Assembly (NCBI GenBank): GCA_964016885.1
Contig: OZ024748.1
Coordinates: 41,912,001-41,976,000 of the forward strand
Reading direction: 5' to 3'
Source: Eledone cirrhosa
Taxonomy: Eukaryota
Length of the DNA: 64,000 nt
Positions 25,066 through 38,442 of this stretch are shown here, one piece after another; position 1 is the stretch's first letter; every line of letters starts with the position of its first letter. Position numbers and translations under genes: made by a program. The notes under the pieces were generated by a model. It did no database searches, was not told the origin of the DNA, and saw nothing but the letters and a program-made list of their open reading frames with translations.

Positions 25066-26871
25066 ATGTTAAACGCAGCGAACGAAAATAGTGGTGGGGG
25101 GACAGCGGTAAGAGTTGTAAGCTCGCACGCTTTAGTCCCCCCTTCCTTCCCAACTAACGTCATAGAGAAGGAAGGAAAAATTAAAATAAAAACAGACGAA
25201 TCTGCGGAGAAAAAAAATGACGAAAACACAAATCTGGACATGGATCCCAACAACGAAAAAAAAAAATTTGAAAAATTGCATGACAAAACTAATAACACAA
25301 ACAAAGACACAACAAACACAAAAATAACATTTGAAAATAACACCATAACAGAAAGCAAAGCAGACGACAAGATTTCATTTGCACAGAAAACAAAGAAATC
25401 TTTGACTTATATAGCGGAAAATATTTCAGATGTGGCACGAAGGATCACAGACGCCAAACAATACATAAGTGAAGGAGAGAATGGTATTTTATCGGTAAAA
25501 ATGCCTCAAGAATTCACCAAAGACATTGAAAGCCGAACGGTCAAGTTTCGGACCATCAACAACAGTACAAAAAAACCTGAACAGCCTTCTCGAGCAGATA
25601 TCAAAACAGTACTCACAGAAGTACTTAATGAAACCACTTTCATAAGAAAAGACAGACTGTATGGAAGCCTAGCAATTATCATGAAGAACGAATCGGCGGC
25701 AAAAAAATGTGCTTTGTCACCGATTCGTTCGAAAAATTTCACCTTTTATCCATCTTATATGGGGAAAAGAACTCAACGCATATGGCTGGATGCAATGATG
25801 CCAGATGTGGACTACTGCTGGCTCATAGCTGGCTTCATCGATCCAGTGAATGACAACGTGATTTCCATTGGGAAAACCACAGGCAATGCGTTCAGTGGAA
25901 CAGGTATAGAGCTGGTAGTACAAATGAAGCCTGAACGCATCGCCCAAATACCCGACAGAATCCTATTAGAGGACCACGGGTATATAAACATTAGTGTGGA
26001 GGGGAGAAGGCCGTCCTGCCATATCTGTGCAGGCAGAGAGCACCTGAAGGCCGCTTGTCCCCAACTCAACAAAAAGAAAACCCTGCTACCAACACCAGCT
26101 CCACCACCACCACCACAACAGATAAACAAACAACAAAACTCAGTCCCACCCAACCCGTCCCTCAGTAACACCACAACACCACCACAACACAAACAGTCAC
26201 AACACATTACCCCAAAACAAAATACAGGCCCACCCAACCTCTCACTCAATAAAACAACACAACCACCGCAGACACAACACACAACACAGTCTAACATAGT
26301 GACATCCATCTCCCCCACAAAGAAAACCAACACGGAAACATTACCAGCAAACATACCTCTTCCCTCCAACACTGAAGATAACCCAACGAATTCGGAGGAA
26401 GAAACGGAGTCCTTCAGACAGATTAAAAGGAAAAAAAGAAAACATGTGCAAAACACACAAGGCCAAACAACCCCCACCCAAATCTCAACACAATCTAACA
26501 AAACAGGAAACACCCCTCCAGCAACAAACAAAACCAAACCTACCCCTCCCCTCTTCGAAACACTCACACCATCGGAAAAAAAGACACTACACTATACTTA
26601 CATCAACAGAAACAATAATAAATTAAATGAACTCATATACAATAATCCTTCAGTACAAACCGAAGGTGTAAACTTTGTTTCGTCAGAAAACTACCCACAT
26701 TTAAAATTAATAAAGATCCCAATGAACCTCTACCAAAAACTAAAAAAGGATTTTAAGGAGGACGTAGGACCACCCTGTCAAACCCATAAACCGCGTCCTA
26801 CTAAAAAGCTTTCCCCTTCCCCTTCCCCTCCCCAACACAACTCCAAACACCCCAACCCCACCACACACTGA
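25066..26871 (+). CDS. LINE ORF1, gag-like with CCHC zinc knuckle
   Basis: open 601 aa; CHICAGREHLKAAC (CX2CX4HX4C); Pro/Thr/Gln-rich C-terminal part; directly upstream of the APE domain. Confidence 0.8.
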   Translation: MLNAANENSGGGTAVRVVSSHALVPPSFPTNVIEKEGKIKIKTDESAEKKNDENTNLDMDPNNEKKKFEKLHDKTNNTNKDTTNTKITFENNTITESKADDKISFAQKTKKSLTYIAENISDVARRITDAKQYISEGENGILSVKMPQEFTKDIESRTVKFRTINNSTKKPEQPSRADIKTVLTEVLNETTFIRKDRLYGSLAIIMKNESAAKKCALSPIRSKNFTFYPSYMGKRTQRIWLDAMMPDVDYCWLIAGFIDPVNDNVISIGKTTGNAFSGTGIELVVQMKPERIAQIPDRILLEDHGYINISVEGRRPSCHICAGREHLKAACPQLNKKKTLLPTPAPPPPPQQINKQQNSVPPNPSLSNTTTPPQHKQSQHITPKQNTGPPNLSLNKTTQPPQTQHTTQSNIVTSISPTKKTNTETLPANIPLPSNTEDNPTNSEEETESFRQIKRKKRKHVQNTQGQTTPTQISTQSNKTGNTPPATNKTKPTPPLFETLTPSEKKTLHYTYINRNNNKLNELIYNNPSVQTEGVNFVSSENYPHLKLIKIPMNLYQKLKKDFKEDVGPPCQTHKPRPTKKLSPSPSPPQHNSKHPNPTTH

Positions 26872-26995
26872 CGACCCCACACCACCACAAGACACCCCTT
26901 CACCCAACACCCCCGACCCCATGGAAGTCGTGCAACCCGAACCCCGGGAAGCGGAAAGGTAGGTCTCTACACTCTCCTTTGGCTCTGCCGCCCAC

Positions 26996-29900
26996 ATGGA
27001 TGTGTTAAGAGTAGGATGTTTGAATGCACGTGGCCTGGGCTCAACTTGGAAGCAAGCAAAGCTTCTAAATGACCTCAGGTCATGTGGTATAAATGTAATG
27101 GTTATCTGTGAGACTCGAATCAGCGTCGTGCGGCAGCTGGCCCCCACCTTCGATGACTTTGAGGTGCATGCATCTCTCTGTCAACCTGGAGGTGGGGGTG
27201 GGGTTGTCGTACTGCTGCAAAAACACCTGGGCCTTGCCGTACAGGTTGTGCACTCGGACCCGGAGGGTCGTTTGTTGGTGCTAGACGTTGGCAGTAGTGA
27301 AAGTGCGGCCTTGAGACTGGTCGCCGTCTACTCCCCTTTCGGAGCTGAACGGCCCGACTTCGTCCAGCGTTTGGAGACTTTTCTGGGAACGTCGCGTTCC
27401 CTGCTTCTAGCAGGGGATTGGAATGACATCCTGGATGCACGTTGGGACTATGCAGGAGCATGTCCTAATAGAAGGGGGTGTAACAGCCTCAAGGGGTAAC
27501 TCGACCGTTTTAACTTGGTCGATAGATATCGACTAGATTTTCCAACTGTGCCTACCTGGACTTGGAGAAACCACAGTGGTCAATCTAGATCGTACTTAGA
27601 TAGATTCTTAGTTAGAAGTAAGGATAGGGACATATTAAGCTGTCCAGAAATGCGCACGGTTGGCTACACGGATCACAAATTAGTGACCTGCGTGGTCAAT
27701 CTCGAGAAAACACATAGACAGGGTCCCGGTTACTGGAAACTTAATTTGTCTTTACCGGCAAAAGAGACTTACAGAAACCGGATTAGCAGATTAGTTAAGG
27801 AGAGGTTGACGGGTGCAATCGTCAACAACCGATGGTGGGCATCTCTCAAAAGAGAGATTAGAACAGAATCAATAAGTTATAGCAAGATGTTAGCTGCCGA
27901 TAGGAATAGAAACGAGAAAGAATTAACAGGTAAATTAGAAGAGGCAATCAAAAGCGAAGATGTGGCCAGAGTGCTGGCATTGAGGACGGCCTTGAACCAG
28001 TTTTTCGATGCAAAGCACGAAGGCTGCGTCATTCGAAGTAAAATACGTGCTCTAGGTAATGAGGGGGCCAAAGCCGTTGGATGGGCCCGCGTGACAGAAG
28101 CTAAGAGTGGAAATCGATCCGGTCGTTGCAAGACGAAGATGGACGGGTGATCCGGGAGCCTAAGCAGATGTGCGAGGCCTTTCAAAGGCACTTTGCCCGA
28201 TTGTTCGGGTGAGGCGAGGGTCTGGGTGGGGGCGTGGATTTCAGTCCATACCTTGACGGCCTGCCGCGTCTCTCGAGCGAAGAGGCAGAGTCCTGCGAGG
28301 GACCAATCTCGGCTGATGAGATCGGAGATGCGCTGAGTCAATGCAGCAGACGCAAATCTCCAGGTCTCGATGGTATACCTTACGAACTTTATTTAGCAAT
28401 GCCGGTCTTCTTCTCCGAACTCCTCGAAGCGGTCTACTGCAATTGGCAGCAGAACGGGAGAATTCCTTGTTCTGTAGCCAAGGGCGTAGTCACGCTGGTG
28501 AGGAAGGACGAGAACAAGGGGGATAGTATAAATAATTTTCGGCCCATAACCCTGCTAAACACAGAGTTAAAGATTTTGGCCAAGGTGTTAGCAAAGAGGT
28601 TGGCGCTTGTCGTGGGTGGCCTGGTGGGAGATGCGCAGACATGTGCTATCCCATCCAGGTACATTCACGATAACCTCCACCTCATGCGATACATCATAGA
28701 GAGGGTTGGCAACAAACCCGGCTTCGGTGGGGCCCTGATCAACTTGGATCAGTCTAAGGCCTTCGATAGGGTCGACCATGGTTACCTGGATGCGGTGCTA
28801 GCGGCGGCTGGGTTCGGTCCTGTTTTCAGAGGCTGGATAACTGCCTTACATAGCAACTACATCTGTTCTAGGATCAAGGTGAACGGCTACCTTTCGAAGC
28901 CGTTCGAAATCACACGATCCATTTGACAGGGGTGCCCTCTCTCCTCCCTTCTGTACGTATTGACTCTCGAGCCTTTACTGAGGAAGTTGGAGTGGTTGCA
29001 GGGTATCCCCCTGGAACCAGGATTGAGCAAAGCGGTGTCGGCCTACGCCGATGACGTAACAGTAATGGTATCGACCGACTCGGAGATCGAGGCGATCGGT
29101 ACCTTACTGGAGGAGTACGAAAGGTTGTCAGGAGCGAAACTGAACCGGGAAAAATCCATCGGGCTGCAACTCGGAACGTGGAGAGGCAGACCGATGCCTC
29201 CTGACGGTGTCGTCGGACACTGGACGGAGGGCCCGGTAAAGTTGCTTGGGGTCTGGTTTGGACCGGACCTCCAGGTGGAAAAGAACTGGAACGAGGTTAC
29301 GAACAAGGTGTTTGCACTAACCCAGAAATGGGCCAAGTGTAAGCTGTCCCTAAAAGGCCGGGCGGAGGTGGCGAACATTTACATAGCGTCCGTCACTTAC
29401 TACCGCCTGACTGTCGTGCCTTGCCCTAAGGAAACACTCACCACCATGGAACGCATGCTCTTCCAATTTCTTTGGAAGAAGCGCCCTCCTATGGTGAGAA
29501 GATCCATCTGCTGCCAACAACCTTCGAAAGGAGGGCTGGGGATGCCGTGGTTGATGATGCATAGGCACGCATTAAGGCTACGGCACCTACAGGTATTCCT
29601 CACTGGTCAACCGGTGTGGGCTCCGTTCGTGAAACAAGCCTTTCCGAGACTCGTCTCGCTCACCGAGCTACAGTCCTGGGTCAAGCAAAGATCCGGAAAA
29701 CTGGGAGACTGGCACACTGAGTGTGCTCAGGCGCTCAGGGCTCTCTGGCAAGCAGGCCAGGCCATCGGTGGAGAATCCACCTCATTATTCTATAGAGGGC
29801 TGGTGGCTAGCAGGGGCGATGACACCCTTGGAGAGTCGCTGGACATGGAAGAAGACGAACTGGCCAGCCTGTTCGGTAGGACTTTCGGCCCAGGACCAAT

Positions 29901-30426
29901 GGACAACTTCCAGAAGTCACTGGCCTGGCAGTGCTACCGGGGGGCTCTACCCGTTCGAGAGAGGCTCTACAGACACGGGCGCCCGGGCAGGGATCCCTCA
30001 AAAAAGATTTGCCCTAGATGCGTGCGTCACGAAGAAACCGTTGCGCACGCATTGGTGCAATGTCCGGGCGTGGCTGATCTGTGGGGCTACGCCGAACGAC
30101 TGCTGTCGCGGGTGGCGCCGATTAAATTGACCGCCGAGTCCGTGATGACAATCAAACCGCCTCCCCTCTTCACAAAGGAAGCAAAGGCGGTTTTTCTGTG
30201 CGTAATAGCCATGTTGAAAGAGGTTGTTTGGTGGACACGATTGAAAGGTCTGAGGTCAGGCAACTTCCTCTCTGGCCATAGTCTGGTCTACTTCTTCCGA
30301 TATCACTTCGGAAGAAGGATAAGAATGGAGAGAGAGGTGCTTGGCCACGGGCAGTTTTATGAAAGGTGGGGGATAGTGGCGAGAATGGCTCGTGTAAATG
30401 GGCCTTCTCTGTATACCATCCTGTAG
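26996..30426 (+). pseudogene. LINE ORF2 (AP endonuclease and reverse transcriptase), disrupted
   Basis: LNARGL, ICETR, GDWN, SYLDRF, TDHK; KSPGLDG, NFRPITLLN, LDQSKAFDRV, QGCPLS, AYADD; CPRC..ETVAHALVQC; in-frame stops at 27497 and 28924 and a frameshift near 28110-28230. Confidence 0.92.
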
Positions 30427-30640
30427 GTAAAGAAGTAAAGGAGAGGGGAGCACCTTCTCCATGTGCTCCTCGGGCAAAGGATTGCACACTTTTTCGGGGG
30501 TGTGTGCAACCCCCATCACGTCCCCTCCCTTTAGGGGTTATTTTCGATTATTTTCATGTTACACCCTTTTTACTCGATTATATGTAAACTCCCCCTTTGT
30601 ATTTGTCCCTTCTTTTTATGCCTTTATGGTAAATAAAGAA

Positions 30641-31815
30641 ATCTATCTATGTATTTCTATCTATCTATCTACCTACCTATCTATGTACTTCTATCTGTCT
30701 ACCTACCTATGTACTTCTATCTATCTACCTACCTATGTACTTCTATCTATCTACCTATCTATGTATTTCTATCTATCTATCTACCTACCTATGTACTTCT
30801 ATCTACCTACCTATCTATGTACTTCTATCTATCTACCTACCTATGTACTTCTATCTATCTACCTACCTATGTACTTCTATCTACCTATCTACCTATGTAC
30901 TTCTATCTATCTACCTACCTATGTACTTCTATCTATCTACCTACCTATGTACTTCTATCTATCTACCTACCTATGTACTTCTATCTACCTACCTATGTAC
31001 TTCTATCTATCTATCTACCTATCTATGTACTTCTATCTATCTATATACCTATGTACCTCTATCTACCTACCTATGTACTTATATCTATCTACCTATGTAC
31101 TTCTATCTATCTACCTACCTATGTACTTCTATCTACCTACCTATGTACTTCTATCTATCTACCTACCTATGTACTTCTATCTATCTACCTACCTATGTAC
31201 TTCTATCTACCTACCTATGTACTTCTATCTATCTACCTACCTATGTACTTCTATCTATCTACCTACCTATGTACTTCTATCTACCTACCTATGTACTTCT
31301 ATCTATCTACCTACCTATGTACTTCTATCTATCTACCTACCTATGTACTTCTATCTATCTATCTACCTATGTACTTCTATCTATCTACCTATCTATGTAT
31401 TTCTATCTATCTATCTACCTACCTATGTACTTCTATCTACCTACCTATCTATGTACTTCTATCTGTCTACCTACCTATGTACTTCTATCTATCTATCTAC
31501 CTACCTATGTACTTCTATCTATCTACCTACCTATATTCTATCTATCTACCTACCTATGTACTTCTATCTATCTACCTACCTATGTACTTCTATCTATCTA
31601 CCTACCTATGTACTTCTATCTATCTATCTACCTATGTACCTCTATCTACCTACCTATGTACTTCTATCTACCTACCAATGTACTTCTATCTATCTACCTA
31701 CCTATGTACTTCTTTCTATCTACCTACCTATGTACTTCTATCTATCTACCTATGTACTTCTATCTAACTACCTATCTATGTACTTCTATCTATGTACTTC
31801 TGTCTATCTATCTCT
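30641..31815. repeat. (TATC/TACC) compound repeat
   Basis: ctatgtacttctatctatctacctac variants over ~1.2 kb. Confidence 0.95.
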
Positions 31816-32247
31816 ATGTAAAGGACTAACCTCTGGTCACCAAGTAAACCACAATCCAGGCATATCTTTCTTTCAACAACCAGGTCACCAACAATGGAGT
31901 GACCATGTCATTACAGATGACAAGAGATGATGGCAGTGGTGGCTGTGATGATAGTGGATAGTGATGGCTGTGGTGACAGTGGTGGCTGTGGTGACTGTAC
32001 TGGCAGATGACAACAGTGGTGGCTGTGGTGACAGTGGTGACAACCAGTCACCATCAACTATTCTACCAACTGACAAGATGTCTGTTGGCCAATGAGACAG
32101 ACAGACAAAGGGTGGTTCTGTTGTTTTATTTACAATTCTAATGAAATATATCTGTTTGTAAATAAAAGTCTTTCCTTGTGTTTATTTACTTAGTCAACCC
32201 ACGGCTGTACTAAACACCATACTCCCCCCCCCCCCCCGCTCGGAGGG

Positions 32248-32560
32248 GAGGTGGTGGTGGTGGGATGGTTGTGATGATAATAATTGTGGTGTTGGTAGTG
32301 GTGGTGGTGGTAGTAGTAGTAGTGATAGTGGTGGTGGTGGTAGTGGTAGTAGTGGTGGTGGTGGTGGGGATAGTAGTGATGATAGTGTTGGTGTTGGTGG
32401 TGGTGGTGGTGGTAGTAGTGGTGGTAGTGTTGATGGTAGTGGTGGTAGTGGTGGTGGGGGTAGTAGTGGTGGTAGTGTTGATGGTGGTAGTGGTGGTAGT
32501 GGTGGTAGTAGTGGTGGTGTTGGTGGAAGTAGTGGTGGTAGTGTTGGTGGAAGTGGTGGT
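32248..32560. repeat. imperfect (GGT/AGT)n microsatellite
   Basis: gtggtggtagtg runs. Confidence 0.9.
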
Positions 32561-32835
32561 ACCTATAAACAACAGATTGTTGTTAAAACAACTTAAATGC
32601 TTCAAATTAACAAAATACTGAGGATTTCTAAAAACAGAAAATAAAATTAATAAAAGAGAGAAAGAAGTTTACAATGTGAAAATATGATTAGCTGAAGCAA
32701 TAACGATGACAACAATGGCAATAACGATGACAACAATGGCAATAACGATGACAGCTAGACTGAGTGTCAAGGTAGATCATATATTACACTGCTCTCTAGA
32801 ATTTTAACCCTTAACAGATTTATAATGAAATATAC

Positions 32836-34340
32836 TGACAAAAAGCACCCAGTACACCCTGTAAGGTGGTAGTGCTGCTGACATGACAAAAAGCACCCAG
32901 TACACCCTGTAAGGTGGTAGTGCTGGTGACATGACAAAAAGCACCCAGTCCACCCTGTAAGGTGGTAGTGCTGCTGACATGACAAAAAGCACCCAGTACA
33001 CCCTGTAAGGTGGTAGTGCTGCTGACATGACAAAAAGCACCCAGTACACCCTGTAAGGTGGTAGTGCTGGTGACATGACAAAAAGCACCCAGTCCACCCT
33101 GTAAGGTGGTAGTGCTGCTGACATGACAAAAAGCACCCAGTCCACCCTGTAAGGTGGTAGTGCTGGTGACATGACAAAAAGCACCCAGTACACCCTGTAA
33201 GGTGGTAGTGCTGGTGACATGACAAAAAACACCCAGTCCACCCTGTAAGGCGGTAGTGCTGGTGACATGACAAAAAGCACCCAGTCCACCCTGTAAGGTG
33301 GTAGTGCTGGTGACATGACAAAAAACATCCAGTCCACCCTGTAAGGCGGTAGTGCTGGTGACATGACAAAAAACACCCAGTCCACCCTGTAAGGCGGTAG
33401 TGCTGGTGACATGACAAAAAACACCCAGTCCACCCTGTAAGGTGGTAGTGCTGGTGACATGACAAAAAACACCCAGTCCACCCTGTAAGGCGGTAGTGCT
33501 GGTGACATGACAAAAAACACCCAGTCCACCCTGTAAGGTGGTAGTGCTGGTGACATGACAAAAAACATCCAGTCCACCCTGTAAGGCGGTAGTGCTGGTG
33601 ACATGACAAAAAACACCCAGTCCACCCTGTAAGGCGGTAGTGCTGGTGACATGACAAAAAACACCCAGTCCACCCTGTAAGGTGGTAGTGCTGGTGACAT
33701 GACAAAAAGCACCCAGTCCACCCTGTAAAGTGGTAGTGCTGGTGACATGACAAAAAGCACCCAGTCCACCCTGTAAGGTGGTAGTGCTGCTGACATGACA
33801 AAAAGCACCCAGTCCACCCTGTAAAGTGGTAGTGCTGGTGACATGACAAAAAGCACCCAGTCCACCCTGTAAGGTGGTAGTGCTGGTGACATGACAAAAA
33901 ACATCCAGTCCACCCTGTAAAGTGGTAGTGCTGGTGACATGACAAAAAGCACCCAGTCCACCCTGTAAGGTGGTAGTGCTGCTGACATGACAAAAAGCAC
34001 CCAGTCCACCCTGTAAGGTGGTAGTGCTGCTGACATGACAAAAAGCACCCAGTCCACCCTGTAAGGTGGTAGTGCTGCTGACATGACAAAAAGCACCCAG
34101 TCCACCCTGTAAGGTGGTAGTGCTCGTCACATAACAAAAAGAACCCAGTCCACCCTGTAAGGTGGTAGTGCTAGTCACATATCAAAAAGTACTTGTCCAC
34201 CCTGTAAGGTGGTAGTGCTCGTCACATAACAAAAAGAACCCAGTATACCTGGTAAGGTGGTCATGCTGGTGACACAACAAAAAGCACCAATTCCACCCTG
34301 TAAGGTGGTTGGTGTTAGGAAGGGCATCCAGCTGTAGAAA
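32836..34340 (+). repeat. 48-bp minisatellite (~31 copies) derived from a SINE/RTE-3'UTR segment
   Basis: unit gacatgacaaaaagcacccagtccaccctgtaaggtggtagtgctggt; runs into ggtgttaggaagggcatccagctgtagaaa as in the SINE copies. Confidence 0.95.
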
Positions 34341-35279
34341 CCAAGCCAAAATACAGATCCGTATGAGCAAGACATGGTCTCAGGACCTGTCTGTAAGATG
34401 TAGTACTGGTGGTAGCGGTGGGAGGGTGTCTAAGAGATGTAGTACTTGTGATGGTGGTGGCAGTGGTGATAGTGGGAGGGTGTCTAAGAGATGTAGTACT
34501 TGTGATGGTGGTGGCGGTGGTGATAGTGGGAGGGTGTCTAAGAGATGTAGTACTTGTGATGGCTTAAACTTTAATCTGTTATTTTAATAAATATTTGCTC
34601 TAGGGTTCTTATATATTTGATATATATTTATCCTTATCGAGCCCTCTTTGGATTTTAGTCTTCACATTTAGTATTATTACTATAAATATATATATATATA
34701 TATATCCTATCTTTTCTAAATAAAAATATTTCTCTCTTTTGTCCAACAATTCTAACAGCTCCACCAATTAAGCCCCCCACCCCCCACCACCACCCCCCAA
34801 CCATCCTTAAAAATACTGAAACTTAGAAAACACATAATTAAAATACTTCACAACTTGAATATAAAATATAAGAAACAGACTATAAAACCAATTATACTGT
34901 CAAATTTTATTTCAACTGGTCACACTTAAATCTAGATATAATAATAATAAAATATTATGTGTGTGTATATATATATATACTTCATCATCATCATCAATTA
35001 ACATCTATCTTCCATGTTACCATGGGTTAAATTTACATATTTATATGTATATATACATGTAAGTATGTATGTATACGTACATACATATATGTATACAGAC
35101 GTACAGTAGTATGTATATAAATACATACATGCACACACATATATATGCACGTATCAGTTTACCGAACATTTATTATAATGCTCGGTTTGTTTGTTTGTAA
35201 ACAGTTTGTAAGTAAGTTCCGTACTAAGAGTGAGAAATGAAATTTCGTTTCATTCTATTCCATGTATATATACAAATAT

Positions 35280-35453
35280 GTATATACACAGCAATGTTAG
35301 ATGGCAGTGAGACTTGGGCATTGTGTGCAGAGGATATACGCAGACTGGAGAGGGACGAAGCTTGCATGTTCCGTTGGATGTGTAATAGTAATATACTTGT
35401 GTATACATGTATATATATATATGTGTATATATATATATATATGCGTGTACATG

Positions 35454-35484
<31 letters not shown>

Positions 35485-36228
35485 ATATGTATATATATAT
35501 ATATATGTGTTTATGTATATATGTGTGTGTTTATGTTGTGTAATATACGTGAACGGCAAAGCATAAATGAACTAAGGGAGAAATTAGGAATAAGAGGGAT
35601 CAGATGCTGTTTACTCGAGAGAAGACTACGTTGGTATGGTCACGTGATGCGCATGAAAGATGACAGCTGTATAAAAAAGTGCAGGGCGATAAAAATAAAC
35701 GGTAGCCACGGAGTAGGTAGACCCAGAAAAACCTGGGACGACTTGATAAATTCCGACCTCACACACTTACACCTCTCCAAGACAATGTCACTGGACCGAG
35801 ATCTTTGGCGCTACACAGTCATACAGAAGACCCGCCTTGCCTAAGTACAAAGCGAAACCCACAGTCAGTAGGCACCTCTAACAAAAATACACCCCCGCCC
35901 CACGTTGCCAACCCCATCCACACCACCCCCTTAAATGTGTAGTTATGTTGATACCACAACATCCAGTCCGAAATAAATGAGGTCGTGTAGGTGTCACGAA
36001 AAAAAAACACACAGTCCACGCTGTAATGTGGCCGTGTAGGTAACACGGTAAAAACCTCCCAGTCCACAATGTAAACGTGGTTGGTGTTAGGAAGGGCATC
36101 GAGCCGTAGAAAACCCACCAGACAGTCCTAAAGGAGCAAGACAACCAATCTTGCCTCAAGTGGGAAAACTCCCGTCCAAACCCATGCAAGCGTGGAAGAT
36201 GGACGTTAAACGATGATTATGATGATGA

Positions 36229-36232
<4 letters not shown>
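35280..36232 (+). mobile_element. RTE LINE 3' fragment interrupted by a TA/TG microsatellite
   Basis: MLDGSETWAL...RWMCN / RLRWYGHVMRM...GRPRKTW; 3'UTR ending ggacgttaaacgatgattatgatgatg. Confidence 0.85.
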
Positions 36233-36265
<33 letters not shown>

Positions 36266-36439
36266 AAAGATTTTTATGATTTAATGTTATAATATTTGGA
36301 TCTACCAACTCATAATATTATAATATTATAACATTAAATCATAAAAATGTTTTAACACTACAAGTAAAGTCATTCATTTCCTTTTTTTCAAATATACCTA
36401 ACTGTACCAAGGATCTCACACATTTTCCAATTATAGATA

Positions 36440-36796
36440 TCATCATCATCATCATCATTATCATCGTTTAACGTCCATCTTCCACGCTTGCATATGTTTG
36501 GATGGGAATTTTCCCACTTGAGGCAAAATTGGTTGACTTGCTCGTATAGGACTGTCTGGCGGGTTTTCTACAGCTGGATGCCCTTCCTAACACCAACCAT
36601 GTTTACAGTGTGGACTGGGAGGTTTTTACCGTGTTACCTACACGGCCACATTACAGCGTGGACTGTGTGTTTTTTTTTGTCGTGACACCTACACGACCTC
36701 ATTTGTTTCGGCCTGGATGATGTGGTACCAACATAACTTTACATTGAAAGGGGTGTTGTGGAAGGGGTGGGGGTAGTGGGACGGGGTGTATTTTTG

Positions 36797-36797
<1 letters not shown>
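36440..36797 (-). mobile_element. RTE 3'UTR copy, inverted relative to 35880-36230
   Basis: reverse complement closely matches 35880-36230. Confidence 0.85.
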
Positions 36798-36856
<59 letters not shown>

Positions 36857-36908
36857 TTTCTGAATTTGTTTAGCAAGATTCTTTATCTGAAATCGTGTGT
36901 TGAAACCG

Positions 36909-37780
36909 ATATTGTTATACTTTGGGAGGGTCATGTTGCCAATAAGAAACACACGCACCAGTTGCTTTCACTTCAATTTATTATAATAAATTTATAATAA
37001 CTTTATAAATTTCTGGTTGGTTGGTTGGTTCCACAACCAGATAGTTGTTTATATATAGTCATAGTTCTTTCGTCACACACTCTGTGACCTCTTCAGTGAC
37101 TGGGGATTCCTTTCTTTGTTTCTGTGCCTCTCCTTTGTTCTGTCCTACGCCATTTTGTTTCTGTGTGTGTGTTGTGTGCTCAGTCTGCGCATGCGCCACA
37201 TCCGGGTGTCTGTGTGTGTTTATGTTCATTTATTTATTTGTTTATTTACATGTTACTGGTTGGTTGTTTGTTCTGTGTGTGTGTGTGTTTTCATTTTGTC
37301 CTTAATTGTAAGTTGACAATGACAACCAAAATTAAATAGAAAATATGAGTGGAACAGCAACATCACAACTTACAATTAAGGACAAAATGAAAACACACAC
37401 GCACATAGAACAAACAACCAACCAATAACATGTAAATAAACAAATAAATAAATGAACATAAACACACACAGACACCCGGATGTGGCGCATGCGCAGACTG
37501 AGCACACAACACACACACAGAAACAAAATGGCGTAGGACAGAACAAAGGAGAGGCACAGAAACAAAGAAAGGAATCCCCAGTCACTGAAGAGGTCACAGA
37601 GTGTGTGACGAAAGAACTATGACTATATATAAACAACTATCTGGTTGTGGAACCAACCAACCAACCAGAAATTTATAAATTTATAAAGTTATTATAAATT
37701 TATTATAATAAATTGAAGTGAAAGCAACTGGTGCATGTGTTTCTTATTGGCAACATGACCCTCCCAAAGTATAACAATAT
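36909..37780. repeat. near-perfect palindrome, ~410-bp arms, 50-bp spacer
   Basis: 36909-37315 versus 37366-37780; nearly identical ORFs on opposite strands in the ORF track. Confidence 0.95.
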
Positions 37781-37807
37781 ATATATATATATATTATATA
37801 TATATAG

Positions 37808-38107
37808 TTTCCTTGAGCAAGACACTTTATTTCACATTGCTCCAGTTTACTCAGCTGTAGAAATGAGTGGGGTCCCTATCATTCCACTGCAAAGTGGTCG
37901 TGGAGGTGCCACGGCAAAAAAGCACCCAGCACTCACTGTAAATGAGGTTGGTGTTAGGAAGGGCATCCAGCTGTAGAAAAGAAGCCAGAATCAGTTCCCG
38001 TATGAGCAAGACAAAGTCAGCTGACCGGACACTGCCCTCAACAGGACAACCCGTCTAACCCATGCTAGTGTGGAAGAACGGACATAAAACGGTGATGATG
38101 ATGATGA
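37808..38107 (+). mobile_element. 5'-truncated SINE
   Basis: ccttgagcaagacactttatttcacattgctccag...aagggcatccagctgtagaaa...(GAT)n. Confidence 0.8.
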
Positions 38108-38442
38108 TAGATAGATAGATAGATAGATTGATTGATTGATAGATAGATAGATAATCTTCCATTTTTACATCAATTCTACAGCTAGATAACTGCCTGTCCT
38201 CCCATTAATGACAAAACTGACATTTATTGTCAGACAGCAGATGATATTGGAGCAATCAAAGTTATTTTGTCTAAGAGCTACACACACTGCCTGTGGTGAT
38301 GTTTTAAATCATGACAATGAAGCTAGCCTCTATTCCAGCACCTTAACCCTCAAACATTCCACTTTTAGTATAGTCTGTGTGGTTAGATGCCATTCCTAAG
38401 ACCAACCACTTTCCAATCCAAACAAATGAGAAAATGAGATCA

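Larger units (their letters stand above)
24841..30640 (+). mobile_element. near full-length L1/Tx1-clade non-LTR retrotransposon
   Basis: 5'UTR, ORF1 with zinc knuckle, ORF2 with APE, RT and C-terminal Cys/His motif, 3'UTR ending aataaagaaa followed by (TATC)n. Confidence 0.92.

Noticed and set aside
30461-34178. YLSTYL, poly-Thr/Val and CHQHYHLTGW repeat ORFs
   Set aside because: Microsatellite and minisatellite translations.
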